Of a DNA stretch of 55,494 nucleotides, positions 23,530 through 35,485 are shown one piece after another (the stretch's first letter is position 1; each line of letters begins with the position of its first letter). A program made the translations under genes and the position numbers. The DNA comes from Neophaeotheca triangularis (lineage: Eukaryota). The notes below the pieces were generated by a model that was not told the DNA's origin, did not search any database, and was given only the letters and a program-made list of their open reading frames with translations. The DNA lies in assembly GCA_054600435.1 (NCBI GenBank), contig BAAIJX010000001.1, positions 1,178,001-1,233,494 on the forward strand, in the 5' to 3' direction.

Positions 23530-25181
23530 GAGGGGTGGGTGTGAAGTTAGGGTCATCGAAGGTATCCTACGGCAGCTGAGAATGTGACATTGTTGAACAT
23601 GGCTGGTATTTGCGGTATTCGAGAAATTTTTGAATCTCATACTTTGATTTAGCACAGACTCCTTATACACCAGGTCAACTCGTTCTGTGAATTTGTTCAC
23701 GTCGTACTGCTAGAATCCCATTAAGGGTCGGGGCTTAGGAGACTAGCTACCCCTGAAGCTGTGCCCATTCTCACACTGCCCAAGTAAACCTCGCCTCTAC
23801 AAACTTTGGGGGAACCAGGCATGTCTCCTAGATGATGAGGCGAACGTGAGGTAACAACTTGGCTCTTAGAAAGTTGCCACGCCGGGTTCCCTTCCGCATA
23901 CCAAATGATACCTAAAGATAGCAATCCACAACAACAGGACGTCTAGATTGAGACTCTTCTCTGCTTGTCGGCAGTGTCCTCCCTGACTCCAGTAGAAGTA
24001 CTCACTCGACAAAGCGCGCTACTCCAGTCGATCGAGGCCGGGAGTCTTCTTATCCGAGTCAAGAGGTCTTCGAATGGAGGACAAGGACAAGAAGCCATGA
24101 TAAAGGCTAAAGCAGTAGAAGTCAAGAGAAAAGTGCCCAAGAGATCAAAGCTAGAGCCAAAGAAGAAAGAAAAACGAGAAATATCACTATCATTCATCCT
24201 AGAGCACACACGAAGCCCGTCTGACGAGGCGTGATAGCAAAGGCAAGACCCCCCTTACTATCTACAGCCACCAACCAGATAACCCGTGCTCTTCCCTCAT
24301 CCACTCTTGGACCCGGGTTTAGGCCGCGCAAAGCAAATCCCATCCAGTCACGACAATCTACCGGCCCACGCCGACAGCAGACGAAGACGACAATCCCCCG
24401 TAGCCCAAAAGCCAGACATCTCGACAGCAAGAGGTCGATAGGTAAATCTTCGAAAGACCGGTTGACCAGGTTCATAGATCTCTATCCCAGGTAGAAGGAC
24501 CGGGAACGTGTCAAGGGGAACTGGAGAGTCGGGCCCAGACTGTGAAGCGTTGATACGGCAGCCTGATTGATCCGAAAGCTGCAGCAGCACCGAGACCGGC
24601 AAAAGGGGTCGATGGCGCTAGCGTGAGTAGAAATGGCCATAGGTGGCGAAATTGAAAGTGAGCAGGGCTTGGAGACGATTGAAAGAGGAGAAAGGAGAGG
24701 GAAGGGAAGAAAAGAAGAGGAAAGAAAAAGAAAAGTCGTCAACAGCAAAGAAAGAAAGTGAACGGCAGTAAAAAGTGTGTAGCGACTACCTTCATGTAAC
24801 GAACCATACATGTGGACAGGCTTTCTTCCCTTCCTCTCCCTCACAATCCTACCGCCACTCCCGCGTTCGCAACACTGCAACAACAGCAGAGTCAAGTCGA
24901 CGCAGTAGCTCAAGCCGCGCCAAACAGAGCTTCGCTTGATTCTGGCCTTCTCTCCACGGCAAAATGTAGATGGTTCAAACGACTAGACTCATGGACCCCC
25001 CGAAACACCAATCGCTTAAACCGCAGCAGCAAGCACAAAAAATCGCACAACCCACAACACAACCAGCGCAAAAGCCCACACATCCAAAGTTCGTGGGTCG
25101 TTTTCACTACCCATCGCGCAAGACAGCAAAAACAAGGAAAACCCCCTGCAGTAAAGACGCCCTTGTAACGCCTTTCGAACC

Positions 25182-28116
25182 CTAACGCTCATATTTCGGT
25201 AGCTGTGGCGCCCCTTCGCCTTCCCTGGCCCCGGCCTGGTCTTCACTTTCACTCTCACGCTCACGCTCACGCTCACGCCCACGTCCATCCTCACCCACCG
25301 CCGCACCAGCTACTCCCGCCTGAGCGTCACGACTACTCTCAGCACCACCAGTAGCCGCACCACCAGGAGTAGCCGCAATCTCATCTCCCCCAAGAACGGA
25401 TGCGGATGGCGGTTCCAGATCCTCAAGCCTGGGAGCCGAAGGACCCAAATGATTATCATCAGCGGCAGCGGGGGTCAGGTCCTCGAATCTAGGAACCGAA
25501 GGAGCGGCATCCGCAACCGCTTCTTCATGATCGCGATGCTGGCGATAGCCCCCGTAGCCCTGGTGGTGATCGTAGCCATAGTCGTCGTGGTATTGGTCGT
25601 AATCATACCCCTGGTCGTAACCATAGCCCTCGCCATGCCAGTAGCCCTCGCCTTCACCACTCCAATACTCCCGCTGAAAGCCTTCCGGCTCCCGGTCCCA
25701 CTCGTCCTCGTGACGCTGCCCCGCGTCACGCTCGCTCTGACCGCCGTCATCTGCGGGTGGTGCCGAAGTTTCCATCTCCAGCCTCCGCCGTTGGAGCTCT
25801 TGCTTGTCATCTCCCACGGGGGGACCACCGTTGACAGTCGCTGCTGCACTAGCGAAACCTGCACCTGCTGACGCCGAAGAAGGGCCGGCTTCCTCGTATT
25901 GTGGAGTGGGTGGGAGGGGAAGTTGGTCTGCGCCGTAGAGACTGTTCAGGCCTTGTGCGGTGCTGGGTGTGAAGTTGGCGGTGTTGTAGGCTGGGGCGGC
26001 AGTACCTGGGATGTTTTCGTCGTTGAGGTCGTGGGAGTGGTAGGGGTGGTGGCTGTGGTTTTCTTCCGGAAGATAGGGGGCTGTGGGTGCGTTGGCACCA
26101 GACGAGGTGTGAGCTTCCCATGAGTCAATTGGTGGTGCGCTTGGTAGAAGGCCTAGCTCGTGCTGGCGCATACGTTCTTTTTCCGTCATTTGCGAGGACC
26201 GAAGCGTGGGTGGGAGAGGGATGGGTTCTTCTGGCGGTGGGCGATCATAGCTGTTGTTGCGAGGGGGTTGAGGTGTATTGTCTTCTTCGTGGTGGTCAGC
26301 TTCGCCAGGCCCATTTGGCAGGGGATTGTGGCCATTGGAACATTGACCCCAGCTGTGGCCCTGATCCAAGGCGCCCTCGCTGGTCGTTTGCGGTCGTTCG
26401 TCCCCTGTGATGTTACCATTTATGGGCGTCAGGATTTGATCTTCAGGCGGAGATAGGTATTCCATCTTCTGTTTGCCTCTGTTTTTATGGCGGTAGCTGT
26501 CATTCGTCCCAACGACCATTTCGAACGTGCAAGCAATGACGCTCTTGTCTCGCCGAATGTGTGAGGTGTCTGCAACCTGCGGTCCAAACGTCGAAAATGC
26601 TGAACGCTCCCCTTCCGGTCTGTCAGACGACACAGCATGAATTGGTGAAGTGGCAATGGCGCCGATATTGCTCAGCTGTCGGTCCTGGCCGGCAAGCTTG
26701 CCTTGTATGTCCAATACGACTTCCACATAATACTTGAAGGAGATCATGCCGCCGGGTACTGTTGCAATGGTCGGGAATGCTTCTTCCGGCACTCGTACTT
26801 TGGCGTTTATTTCTGTCGTCAGAGTTGTTGGGTCGACAAGCAGAGGCAGCATGGTTTGAGATAGGTCTTTCCGAAACACATGACTTGAACCAGCTCCGGA
26901 CAGAGACAGCCCCCCAAGACCAGTGAGAGATTTTGGGTAGTAATCTTCGTACCTCGCTGCCGTGCCTTTTTCAGTAGGACCCAGCGGTATCGCTGGATGC
27001 AAGTCCGTCCGAGCTTGCCTGTACAAAGTCACAATAGCGCCGTACAAGCTCTTGACATGCTTGGTGTGGCTGATGTCAATCTTTACATGGATGTTGTCGC
27101 CTCTCAGACATCCCGACGAAAGAGAGCTAATCTTGGTAGTGATGATCCTTCCGCCCAGTGATACTCTGCTGACGTTTGGGTTCTCGCTCGAATTGGGCGA
27201 CTGGCTGACTGAGCCGGTGCGGCCGCTGTCGCTATCGACACTTGCAATACTCGCCTGACTGGCCGAAAAGCTACGCAGTTGCTGGCTTTGTGCATCCGTG
27301 TTGGGTCCAGAAGACGTTCCACTATCTCCGGGCACACTGCCTTCGCTCGAGCTCTCGGTCCTACGATCGCGTCTCTCGGTAGGTTCAACCAGTCGTTTGG
27401 CCTGATGCTTGGCCTTGGACCTTCTCGAAATGGGCTCGAGCGTGATTGTGCGTGGGTTTGGAGGCACCAAAGGGCCGATATCGATGCGCTCGACAAAATA
27501 CACCTTGCAGTCAGTCCGCATGGTTGGGGACATGGTGGTGGGTCGAGTCACGGTGGCTGTCACCATGTAGCAAATGGTTCCCCTTTCGAACTGCGCAGGT
27601 TGTGTCAACGGCCGCATGTGCACGCAAAAGACTACGCCTACAACCTACCTCGATACTACTAGGCAGATCTCGATCGGGAAACTCCAGCTCGAATTTGAAC
27701 TGGTACAGTCCTTCCCCGAGCCTGCCATCACCGCACAGCACCACCTCGTCCTCAAACAGCGATGCGAAGCCATTGCCAAAGTATTCACCCGACTTCTTTC
27801 CCCGTCCCGTCCCTAGGTAGTCCCTCGCGCCCTTGTATCCATCACCCGGCGATCCAGGATTCCTATACACCTGCACGAATCCATGAAGACAGACTACGAT
27901 ATGCTGCACGCGAGTGGGTTTGGTAACGCGCAGTCTGACGCTCCCTTTGACCAGATCACCGGGGCAATGTTGTTTCAGAGGCTCTTCAATCTCAACGGCA
28001 AACTCGGTAACGTTGCGCGTTCTCGAAGCAAAGGGCCGGGTGAAGCGCGTAAGTAGACGCCTCCCTGACGAGGCGGACGAGGTTGTGCTGGGTGGGCGCT
28101 CCGCGGCCGAGGGCAT
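25182..28116 (-). CDS. palF: pH-response arrestin-like protein PalF/Rim8 (~958 aa)
   Basis: Arrestin N-domain (GRGKKSGEYFGNGFASLFEDEVVLCGDGRL, LPSSIE|FERGTICY across intron 27591-27648), C-domain (YEDYYPKSLTGLGGLSL, ISFKYYVEV) and tail motifs TEKERMR, DDKQEL, LPKYER. Confidence 0.92.
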
Positions 28117-28783
28117 TATTCGAATGCTTCTCTCGCATAGAGCAGGCTGGGCACTGCTCGTGGTGAGCCTTGGGTCATGCGACGGGCGCGCCGTATTTTG
28201 TTGTTAGGGATTGTGACGGTACTGCATCGGGGTGAAAAGGTCCTGTTCCTGGTCTTGAGCGTGGAGTGGTTGTGGAGATGATTGTGGGGTTGAGAGGGTC
28301 GCGACGGTCTGTCTGTAGGCCTGCATTGTCAGTTTTGCGCGTGGCAAACATCCGCCCCGGGCGGGAGTGAGAGGAAGAACGATGGCGGTGTGGTAGGTGG
28401 CAAAGAAGGGTGGTGGAAATCGGTTGTGGTTGTGGTGCAAGTGGTGGTGGTGTTGGCGAGCGGTTGTCGTCGCGTGTGTAGAGAGGCAGTGCAAGCGGGT
28501 CATGACGCGATCGCAAGGAGACGTCACCCTAGTCGCTGCCTGTCTCCCGCTGGTTCTTGAGCCACGCGTGGCGGAGCGAGGTGGAGGAGGAAGTGGTGGT
28601 GGTGTGGGTGGAGGCTACGGCGAAGATGGTGCAGTTTACAATCCTTCCCTCGTCGCCGGTCCGCGACAAACACACGCTGCCACTCGTGTTCGGCGGAGCG
28701 CAGTGGGTGGAGGGACGGAGATGGCACTCATCACGTACCTCTTCCAATGTGCTTGCATACGGCTCACGGCGTGCTGGATATGG

Positions 28784-28798
28784 CTTGGCCCTCTTGGC
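28784..28798 (-). promoter_or_regulatory. Tandem candidate PacC/Rim101 sites (GCCAAG x2) upstream of palF
   Basis: CTTGGC at 28784-28789 and 28793-28798 reads GCCAAG on the minus strand and matches the GCCARG consensus. About 670 bp upstream of the palF ATG. Confidence 0.4.
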
Positions 28799-29866
28799 AG
28801 TGCTTGTACGGTCTGACCAAACGCGGCGTCAGAAACAAGACGGCAGAGACGCAGCCTTGTGTGACTTGTCGGGTCAGCTAAGTTAACGTAGGTATCGTAT
28901 CAATGGAGGCTTGTCGTCGGTTAGAGTGATGGAGGGGGAGCGGAGACGGGCAGGACGGGCGGGCAGGATGGGGTGCGGGAGGTGATGGCGTCGGGGGTTG
29001 GGACTTGGGAGTCGGTACGGACGGGGAGCAGATTGGATCGAGGTGATGGAGTACCGTAAGGTATGGATGCTCCTGCAGTGAATATTGTGATTATATTACT
29101 GCTGACTGTCAACTTCTCAACCTGTCCTAACTACATTTCGACAAAGGTATGCAGGTAAACAGTAAGGTAGTAATGAGAACCCAAGGTACGGGAGGTAAGT
29201 TACCTTGACGTCCTGACTCGTGACTCTTGTGGTTCAACGGGGGAATTAATTCTCCATGATCCGGAGCATCGCGAGCCTCGCCGAGCGTAACCGTGTAGCC
29301 GTTGTGCCTTACCCTAACACTCACTAACTACTTACTGAACATGTATCGCATCTCACGCATATGAATGACGCTTAGCGATAAGGCTTAGGTCAATTTTAGG
29401 GATCGCTGGCGCACCTAGACAGGACGATCATACGACGAGACAATCTCGACTTGGCTTTTACCTCGGACGCCCACTCGCCTTCCATCAGCCTCCGACCTAT
29501 CTTACCTGAGTCTTCCTTCACCAAACACGTCAGATATGTCGATGAGGATGTTTCCAAATGCCAAAAGCCTCTTACAGCGCCGCGCAACAAACAGCTCGCC
29601 ACCGTTCATCAATCATCACAATGCATTCGTAACCGGAATAGGCGTAGGCGGGGTTCGTCGAGGGGTTTGTAATAATAATGGCACAGCTAGAGCTCCCGGA
29701 TTGATGACATACTGCTCTCCACCCCTCTCATCTTCTCAATCGCGGAGTAAGTAGTATACCTTACCTTACCTTTGTCTTCTTCCCCTTTGCTACTATTCCT
29801 CTCACACCATTAATATCTTTTCCCTCAGAATCAGCATTTCGTAGTCTTCACACAACTTCTCGCAAG

Positions 29867-30735
29867 ATGGCTCCCTCAATCTACACCGAAGAGACACCCG
29901 CCGAGGTCAAGAATGCAAAGGGGATGCATTTAATCACCATGAACACTCCCAACGGCCAAGCCGTCCAGATCCTCCTCGAAGAACTGAAAGACGTCTACGG
30001 CACCGAATGGTCCACGACGTTGATCAACATCATGACCAACGAGCAGAAGAAAGGTACACCTCCCAACCACGTGAAATCATCACCACACCTCACTAAACAA
30101 AGAAAACCAGACTGGTTCCTCCGCCTCGACCCCAACGGCCGCATCCCCGTCCTCGTCGACAACACGGCCAACCCACCCTTCTCCGTCCACGAAACCTCAG
30201 CCGAAATGCTGTACCTCCTGAAATTCGCCGACAAAAACGACACCTTCGGTTTCAAAGACGAGATGGAACGCAGCCAATGCCTACAATGGCTCTTCTTCTG
30301 GCACGGCTCGGGTGCACCCTACCAAGGCCAGGTAATAACGAACCCTCCCTCAACCCGCATTTAGCACTCTCAACAACCCCCAACTAACCAACACCGACAC
30401 CCGCCCAGATGAACCACTTCAACAAGATGGCGAAAGAGCACATCCCCTACGCCATCGAGCGTTTCAAAAATGAAACTCTCCGCGTCTACGGCGTGCTCGA
30501 AATCCAACTCTCGGGAAAACACACGGGCGAAGCGCGCGAGTACCTAGCAGGCACCGGCAAGGGCAAATACAGCGTCGCGGACATGAAGACGTGGCCGTGG
30601 GTCAAGGGATGGAGTTTCTCCGGCTTGAGCGAGGAGGACATGAAACCTTTCCCGCATTTGATGCAGTGGATTGACAGGGTCGGGAAGAGGAGTGCCGTGC
30701 AGAGGGGCATTGGGGAGGCTTACAAGCAGGAGTAG
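29867..30735 (+). CDS. Glutathione S-transferase (Ure2p-like)
   Basis: Exons 29867-30053, 30111-30331, 30409-30735. Motifs TPNG, EQKKDWFLRLDPNGRIPVLVD, ETSAEMLYL, QWLFFWHGSGAPYQGQMNHF, YAIERFKNETLRVYGVLE, GKYSVADM. Confidence 0.93.
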
Positions 30736-30875
30736 AGGTTTGATATGTTTTCTACCATGTCGGTGGTAGCTTGTAAGAACTTTTGTAATGTATACAACCG
30801 TCTCGCGGCGGATGTGCATCTTCTCATCGCACTCGCAATGCAACACAATTCAACCCAGGCTCTGAAGGTAATTGT

Positions 30876-30910
30876 CTATGCTATGCTATGCTATGCTATG
30901 CTATACTATA
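30876..30910. repeat. (CTATG)5(CTATA)2 microsatellite
   Basis: Pentamer tandem repeat directly visible downstream of the GST gene. Confidence 0.9.
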
Positions 30911-31660
30911 GGTTGATAGGTTATATCAGCGATACGGGTGGTTGAGGATCGCTGCTCTATTGCCCAGCTGGCGAGCGACTACCCTGGGAGGAGGGAGGCA
31001 TGGGGGCACTAGCTCAGGTCGCACGAGCTCTCGAGGTTCGAGGTGGGAGATCTCGGCATGACCTGATCTGGTTTCTTAAGGTGGTCAGTACCTAGGTAGG
31101 TAGTGTCTAGGTTGGTAGAATTAGGGGAGTTGGGCTAAGCCAAGCTAAGTTGGCAGATTTTTGTGGTATTGAGCAGGTTGTGCCTGTCTCTTTTCTCTTC
31201 TCTTCTCTTCTGTTTTGTTGGGGTTAGGGAAGCGATGGGACTGGGGACGGTACCTTTCTTTAATATTTCACACTCGGGTGCCGTCTTGCGCTACCTAGGT
31301 AATTGTTCGGATCTTGATGCTAGCTTGGTGAGGGAGTCGAGGGGAGAACTGAATTGCGGAAAAAGCGTTGAGTGTTTTGTTGCAGATGGGATTCAAGGGA
31401 AGAAACACAGTGTGGCTTACAATATACCAACTTCCTGCAAAGCTGCTGTCTGTATTGATCTTTGGGAAACTTGTGGAACGTGCTTTCTGCTCTCGTATCG
31501 TAGCTTTCTCGACATCACTTGCCCAAGCCGAATAACCTACACGAAGCGTGTAATGTAGACACTCTCCCACCGTCCATCCATTCGCATCGCAAGCAAGTAA
31601 GCCATGGCTGTATCTTACACCACCGCCTCAACACCGCCATCTTTGCCAGGGAAAGACTTC

Positions 31661-32675
31661 CTACTCCTCCATGCCATCCTCGTCATCCCCCTCCATAGCC
31701 TTCTTAGCCAACCTCTCGGCCTCCTCCCTCAACTCCTTCGGAACCTCCTGATGCCTGCCCTTGGTCGGCCCCGCCACCGAACTAATCCAACTCATCTCCA
31801 ACTCAAATTCCTTATCCTTGGAATCCTCATGCGCCACATAGATAATCCTCGCAGCCTCCTTAACCCCCTCCTCCAAACTCAGCAAGTTCTCCTCACCCCC
31901 CTCCTTCCTCGGATCAAGCTTCAGCTTCTCCAGCTCCGATTTCGCCGCCTGCCTGCCCTTGCCAGTAGCCGCGCCATAGTAACCCCAGTACAGCCCGCTC
32001 GGCTCAATCATGTACAGATACGGTCCACCCTCTTTGACACCTTCGGTTTTCCCGCCGCTGCCCATTCGCGGTCCGCTGCCCACAGCGCCGTCGACATCGA
32101 CTTCGGTTTCCGCGTCCCAGCCGCCTACAATGGCCGTGATGCCGAAGGGCCGGACAGACGAGTAGAGCGTGTAGGCTTGCACGTAGGCGCCCATGCGGTT
32201 CGCGAGGGCCGACGTGGGAATGGGGGCTTTGTACGTGCTGCGCCAGCTGGAGGCTTCATCGCGTGCGCGGGAGACGAAGTGGCGGGAATCGGGGAGGAGG
32301 CCGGAGGAGACCTGTAGGTGCGGGCGGTGTTAGTAAATGCGCCTGTCGTTGTTGGTAGTGGTTTGTTGTAAAACTTACGACTCCCATATTGCGATCGACG
32401 GTGGCTATACGCTTGTTGGCATCTTTTTTGAGCAGTTTGGACGTGACGATTTTTTCGAGCGCTAGCACTACGCCGTCTTTGCACCGGATGCCGATTGCTG
32501 TGCCCCCGTTCTCGACGGCTTTGGTGGCGTATTCGACTTGAAAGTTGCGGCCATCGGGAGAGAAGACCGAGTTGGAAAGATCGTAGCCGGTACCTATTGA
32601 CGTCTGGACGTGGGGAAAAAGGGGTCAGTGTGGGATATTGGAGCTGGGATGTGAGTGAGAGAGTTGGCTTACCAT
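31661..32675 (-). CDS. PRE10: 20S proteasome subunit alpha-7 (alpha type-3)
   Basis: Exons 32675-32673 (ATG only), 32603-32379, 32311-31661. Reads [36 protein letters not shown], then [39 protein letters not shown]. Confidence 0.96.
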
Positions 32676-33549
32676 GGTTGTGGTTTGGGAGGGTAGTCAA
32701 GGGTGAGGTTTGTGTCTAGGAGGGCGTGCTGATGCCCGTGAAGCCGTGGGATAGGGTCGCTAACGTGATGCGAGTGGTTGTGCGGGCAAAGGGTGAATTA
32801 TGGAGTGTGCTCGCGTTGGTATGGTGTAGATAGCTAGGAGCTTCGATTGACGAGGCAGCTGTTCGTTGCGCGTTTGACGTTGAAGCTAAGGTGCGCCAGT
32901 TCGGACTTGGCTAATTACGCAGACCATGAAGGCTAAATCCACGACATGTCTTGGCATCTGTATCCACGGACATCCTACCTTTTAAGGTTACTTTCTACCT
33001 ACAGTACCTAGGTAACAACAACAACAATCCCGCCACCCCTTGTCTATTCCTGCACTTCGTCGGAAATATGAAAAGCTGTATGATTGTTGTCACGGGCATC
33101 GTACGCGCTCATTGATCAATCCAGATCATCTGCACTCCCCCGGGGGCCATCTGAATCAAGGCTAGGTCTAGCAAATCGCTAGCGTCACCATCTCGACATG
33201 TAGAATAACGACAAAAAGCTTACTTGGGTCACCTTCTGTTCTTCTATCCGAACAGAGAGGTTTCGGTAGACTTCTGTATCGCTCAATAGGAGAAATTGAT
33301 AGGAAACGTAAAAGTCAAGAAAGAGAGAAGCTCCACCATTCCTGCATCTGTACCAATCTCAGTCAGATATCTGAGTCATCGAAGGCAGCTTGCGGACCTG
33401 AAGTGGACGACGGCAATGCCAACGACGACCACACAGGGTGTTGCTACGGATCTACAATCAATCAATCTCGGACAATTGACCAAGTCCACGATTAATTACT
33501 GAATCCTGATCAGACTACAGAAAGAAGAGCCGCTCGACAACGACCAACC

Positions 33550-34299
33550 ATGGAGGCGTCCCAACAGCAACAACAGCAGCAACAACAACAAGACGAGCTC
33601 TCTCTCCTCTTCGCCCAGCGAATGCACCTCGCAGCCCACCAACACCAAGCCCACCAACGACATCATGAACATTCTTCACATCAGCACCGCCATCCGCCAC
33701 CCTCCCCACCAAACCTCGTCTTCGAAACCCCCTCCCCACAAGCCCGCATCCCCCACTCTCTCTTCCAGACCCTAACCGCCCATTCCATCCCCCCGTCCTC
33801 CCTCCTTCCAGCCCAAATAAGTCTCTACCAAACTTCGACCCTCCCGCAGCGCCTCCGCTTGCTCGAACTCTGGCGAACGGCGCCCCTAACCCCGCCGTCA
33901 ATGGAAGATCAGCAGCGGTACTGGCAAGGCACTAGTTTGGTGAGGGAGGAAATCGAGGCGAGAGGGAGGTACGAGGCGCTCATGGTTCTTCGGCAGCGAG
34001 GTGAGGGTCGGGCATCGAGAGGAGCGGAGGAGAGAATGGAGGCCGATATGGAATTGTCACGGCACTCTCGTGCTGTGGAACCTGTGTACGCTGCTACTCC
34101 GCCGATAGGTGGTGGGTTATGGCAACCTCCTGACAGAGATCATGGGAATGCAGGTGCCGTGCAGATAAGGAATCATGCTGAGTGGGAGGCGGCCAATGCG
34201 CGGATTGCGAGGGAGAGATCAGGGGGGTTTGCTGTAGGCGGCAGAGGGGCTGTGAATGCGGGTGCGGATGCGGATGGGAATAGCGAAATGGAGCTTTAA
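33550..34299 (+). CDS. Hypothetical protein (Q/H-rich N-terminus), resembling a conserved Pezizomycotina family of unknown function
   Basis: 249-aa ORF with good ATG context (ACCATGG) and a non-random core, DELSLLFAQRMHL...HSIPPSSLLPAQISLY...QRLRLLELWR. Confidence 0.7.
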   Translation: MEASQQQQQQQQQQDELSLLFAQRMHLAAHQHQAHQRHHEHSSHQHRHPPPSPPNLVFETPSPQARIPHSLFQTLTAHSIPPSSLLPAQISLYQTSTLPQRLRLLELWRTAPLTPPSMEDQQRYWQGTSLVREEIEARGRYEALMVLRQRGEGRASRGAEERMEADMELSRHSRAVEPVYAATPPIGGGLWQPPDRDHGNAGAVQIRNHAEWEAANARIARERSGGFAVGGRGAVNAGADADGNSEMEL

Positions 34300-34658
34300 A
34301 ATTGGCGCTTTAGGAGACTTTGGGGGGAGGAGACTGACGGATGGACGACTTTGACGAATGAAACGAAATCATAGACTGTTTGCAATAAATCTAGGGCTGA
34401 TTGCTGTGTCGTGGGAGTTACAGCTAAAGCGGGATGGACGAGAATGTATGGTCAGGGAGTCGTTTGTGCTACTCCCATACTTCCTCTGTCCGTCTCTACT
34501 CCATTGTCCCTCATCCCATCGCATGCCGGCTCACAAGCACTCTTTCTTAGCTTTCGCCCAAGCGAAATATAAGCGATTCAACTCCGCTACACATGCATCA
34601 CCGCATGCGTCCACGCGGATCATTCTGCTCTTATGCCATTGGCGATCTTCCGCGTGTC

Positions 34659-35243
34659 TCAGTCACCCTCAACCACGACAGCCAACTTCCTCTGTCCAAA
34701 CACTTCCCCAACCTGCATCAGAACTCCACGAATTTGCGTCTCTAACTCTGCCCGCGTCGCTTCCATCTTCGCTTCCAGCTCTCTCTTCCTCTTAATCAAA
34801 GACATAAGATGCTGTACTTTTGCTTTCCTAAGGTCGCGGCTACCCCAGAAGAATCAGACCCTAAAGTTTCGAAGACCGCAAGTAAGAGCGTATACTTACA
34901 TCTTGCTCTCCTGCTCCTTATAAACACCAGTAACTGCCTTCCGCAATCTCACGACCCGCTCGCGACGGGACTTGAGGATGATTGTTTCGCGCTGAACGCG
35001 CCATTTGTGGTGCTAAATGTCGGGTTTTAGTCTTTGGAGCAGGACGTGCGACTTCGGTGGGGGTGGTATTGGACTTACTGCGCTCTTGCCTTGCTTGAGT
35101 ACTCGCTCGATGGAGACTGCGTCTAGTTCTTGCGATTGCGAGGCTTCTAGGCTCGAGGAGGATTGCTGAGTCTCGTTGGGTTCTGTGTGAGTGCGTCTGG
35201 GTCTGGAGCGTTTGCTCGTCGCGGTGGATCTCGAGGGTGCCAT
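34659..35243 (-). CDS. Small 152-aa coiled-coil protein of unknown function (3 exons)
   Basis: Exons 35243-35079, 35012-34900, 34839-34659 (459 nt, open frame). Both introns start GTAAGT and end TAG. The C-terminal half is heptad-like (RKAKVQHLMSLIKRKRELEAKMEATRAELETQIRGVL). Confidence 0.75.
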
Positions 35244-35485
35244 GTTGGATGTAGAGGAATTGAAGCGTGGAAGGATGGATCAACGTTGATCGAGGTTGAC
35301 TAGACTAAGTGCGGTGAATTCGGTTGCAGTTGCCTGAGGGTGATCGAGATGTCGTCGCCTGAGGCCGCTATCGATAAGCTGTGCCAAGATTGGCTTCGAC
35401 TTTGAACTTTTGTCGAGCGAGACAAATCCGCCCATCTTCCTGATCGATCTCACACCACAACCTCAACGTCGCAAACACCGCAATC

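Noticed and set aside
25240..25280. (CACGCT)n repeat
   Set aside because: Simply encodes the RERERERES stretch of the PalF tail.
21731..30735. GGT and GST as a glutathione gene cluster
   Set aside because: They are separated by palF, both belong to multi-member families, and there is no evidence beyond proximity.
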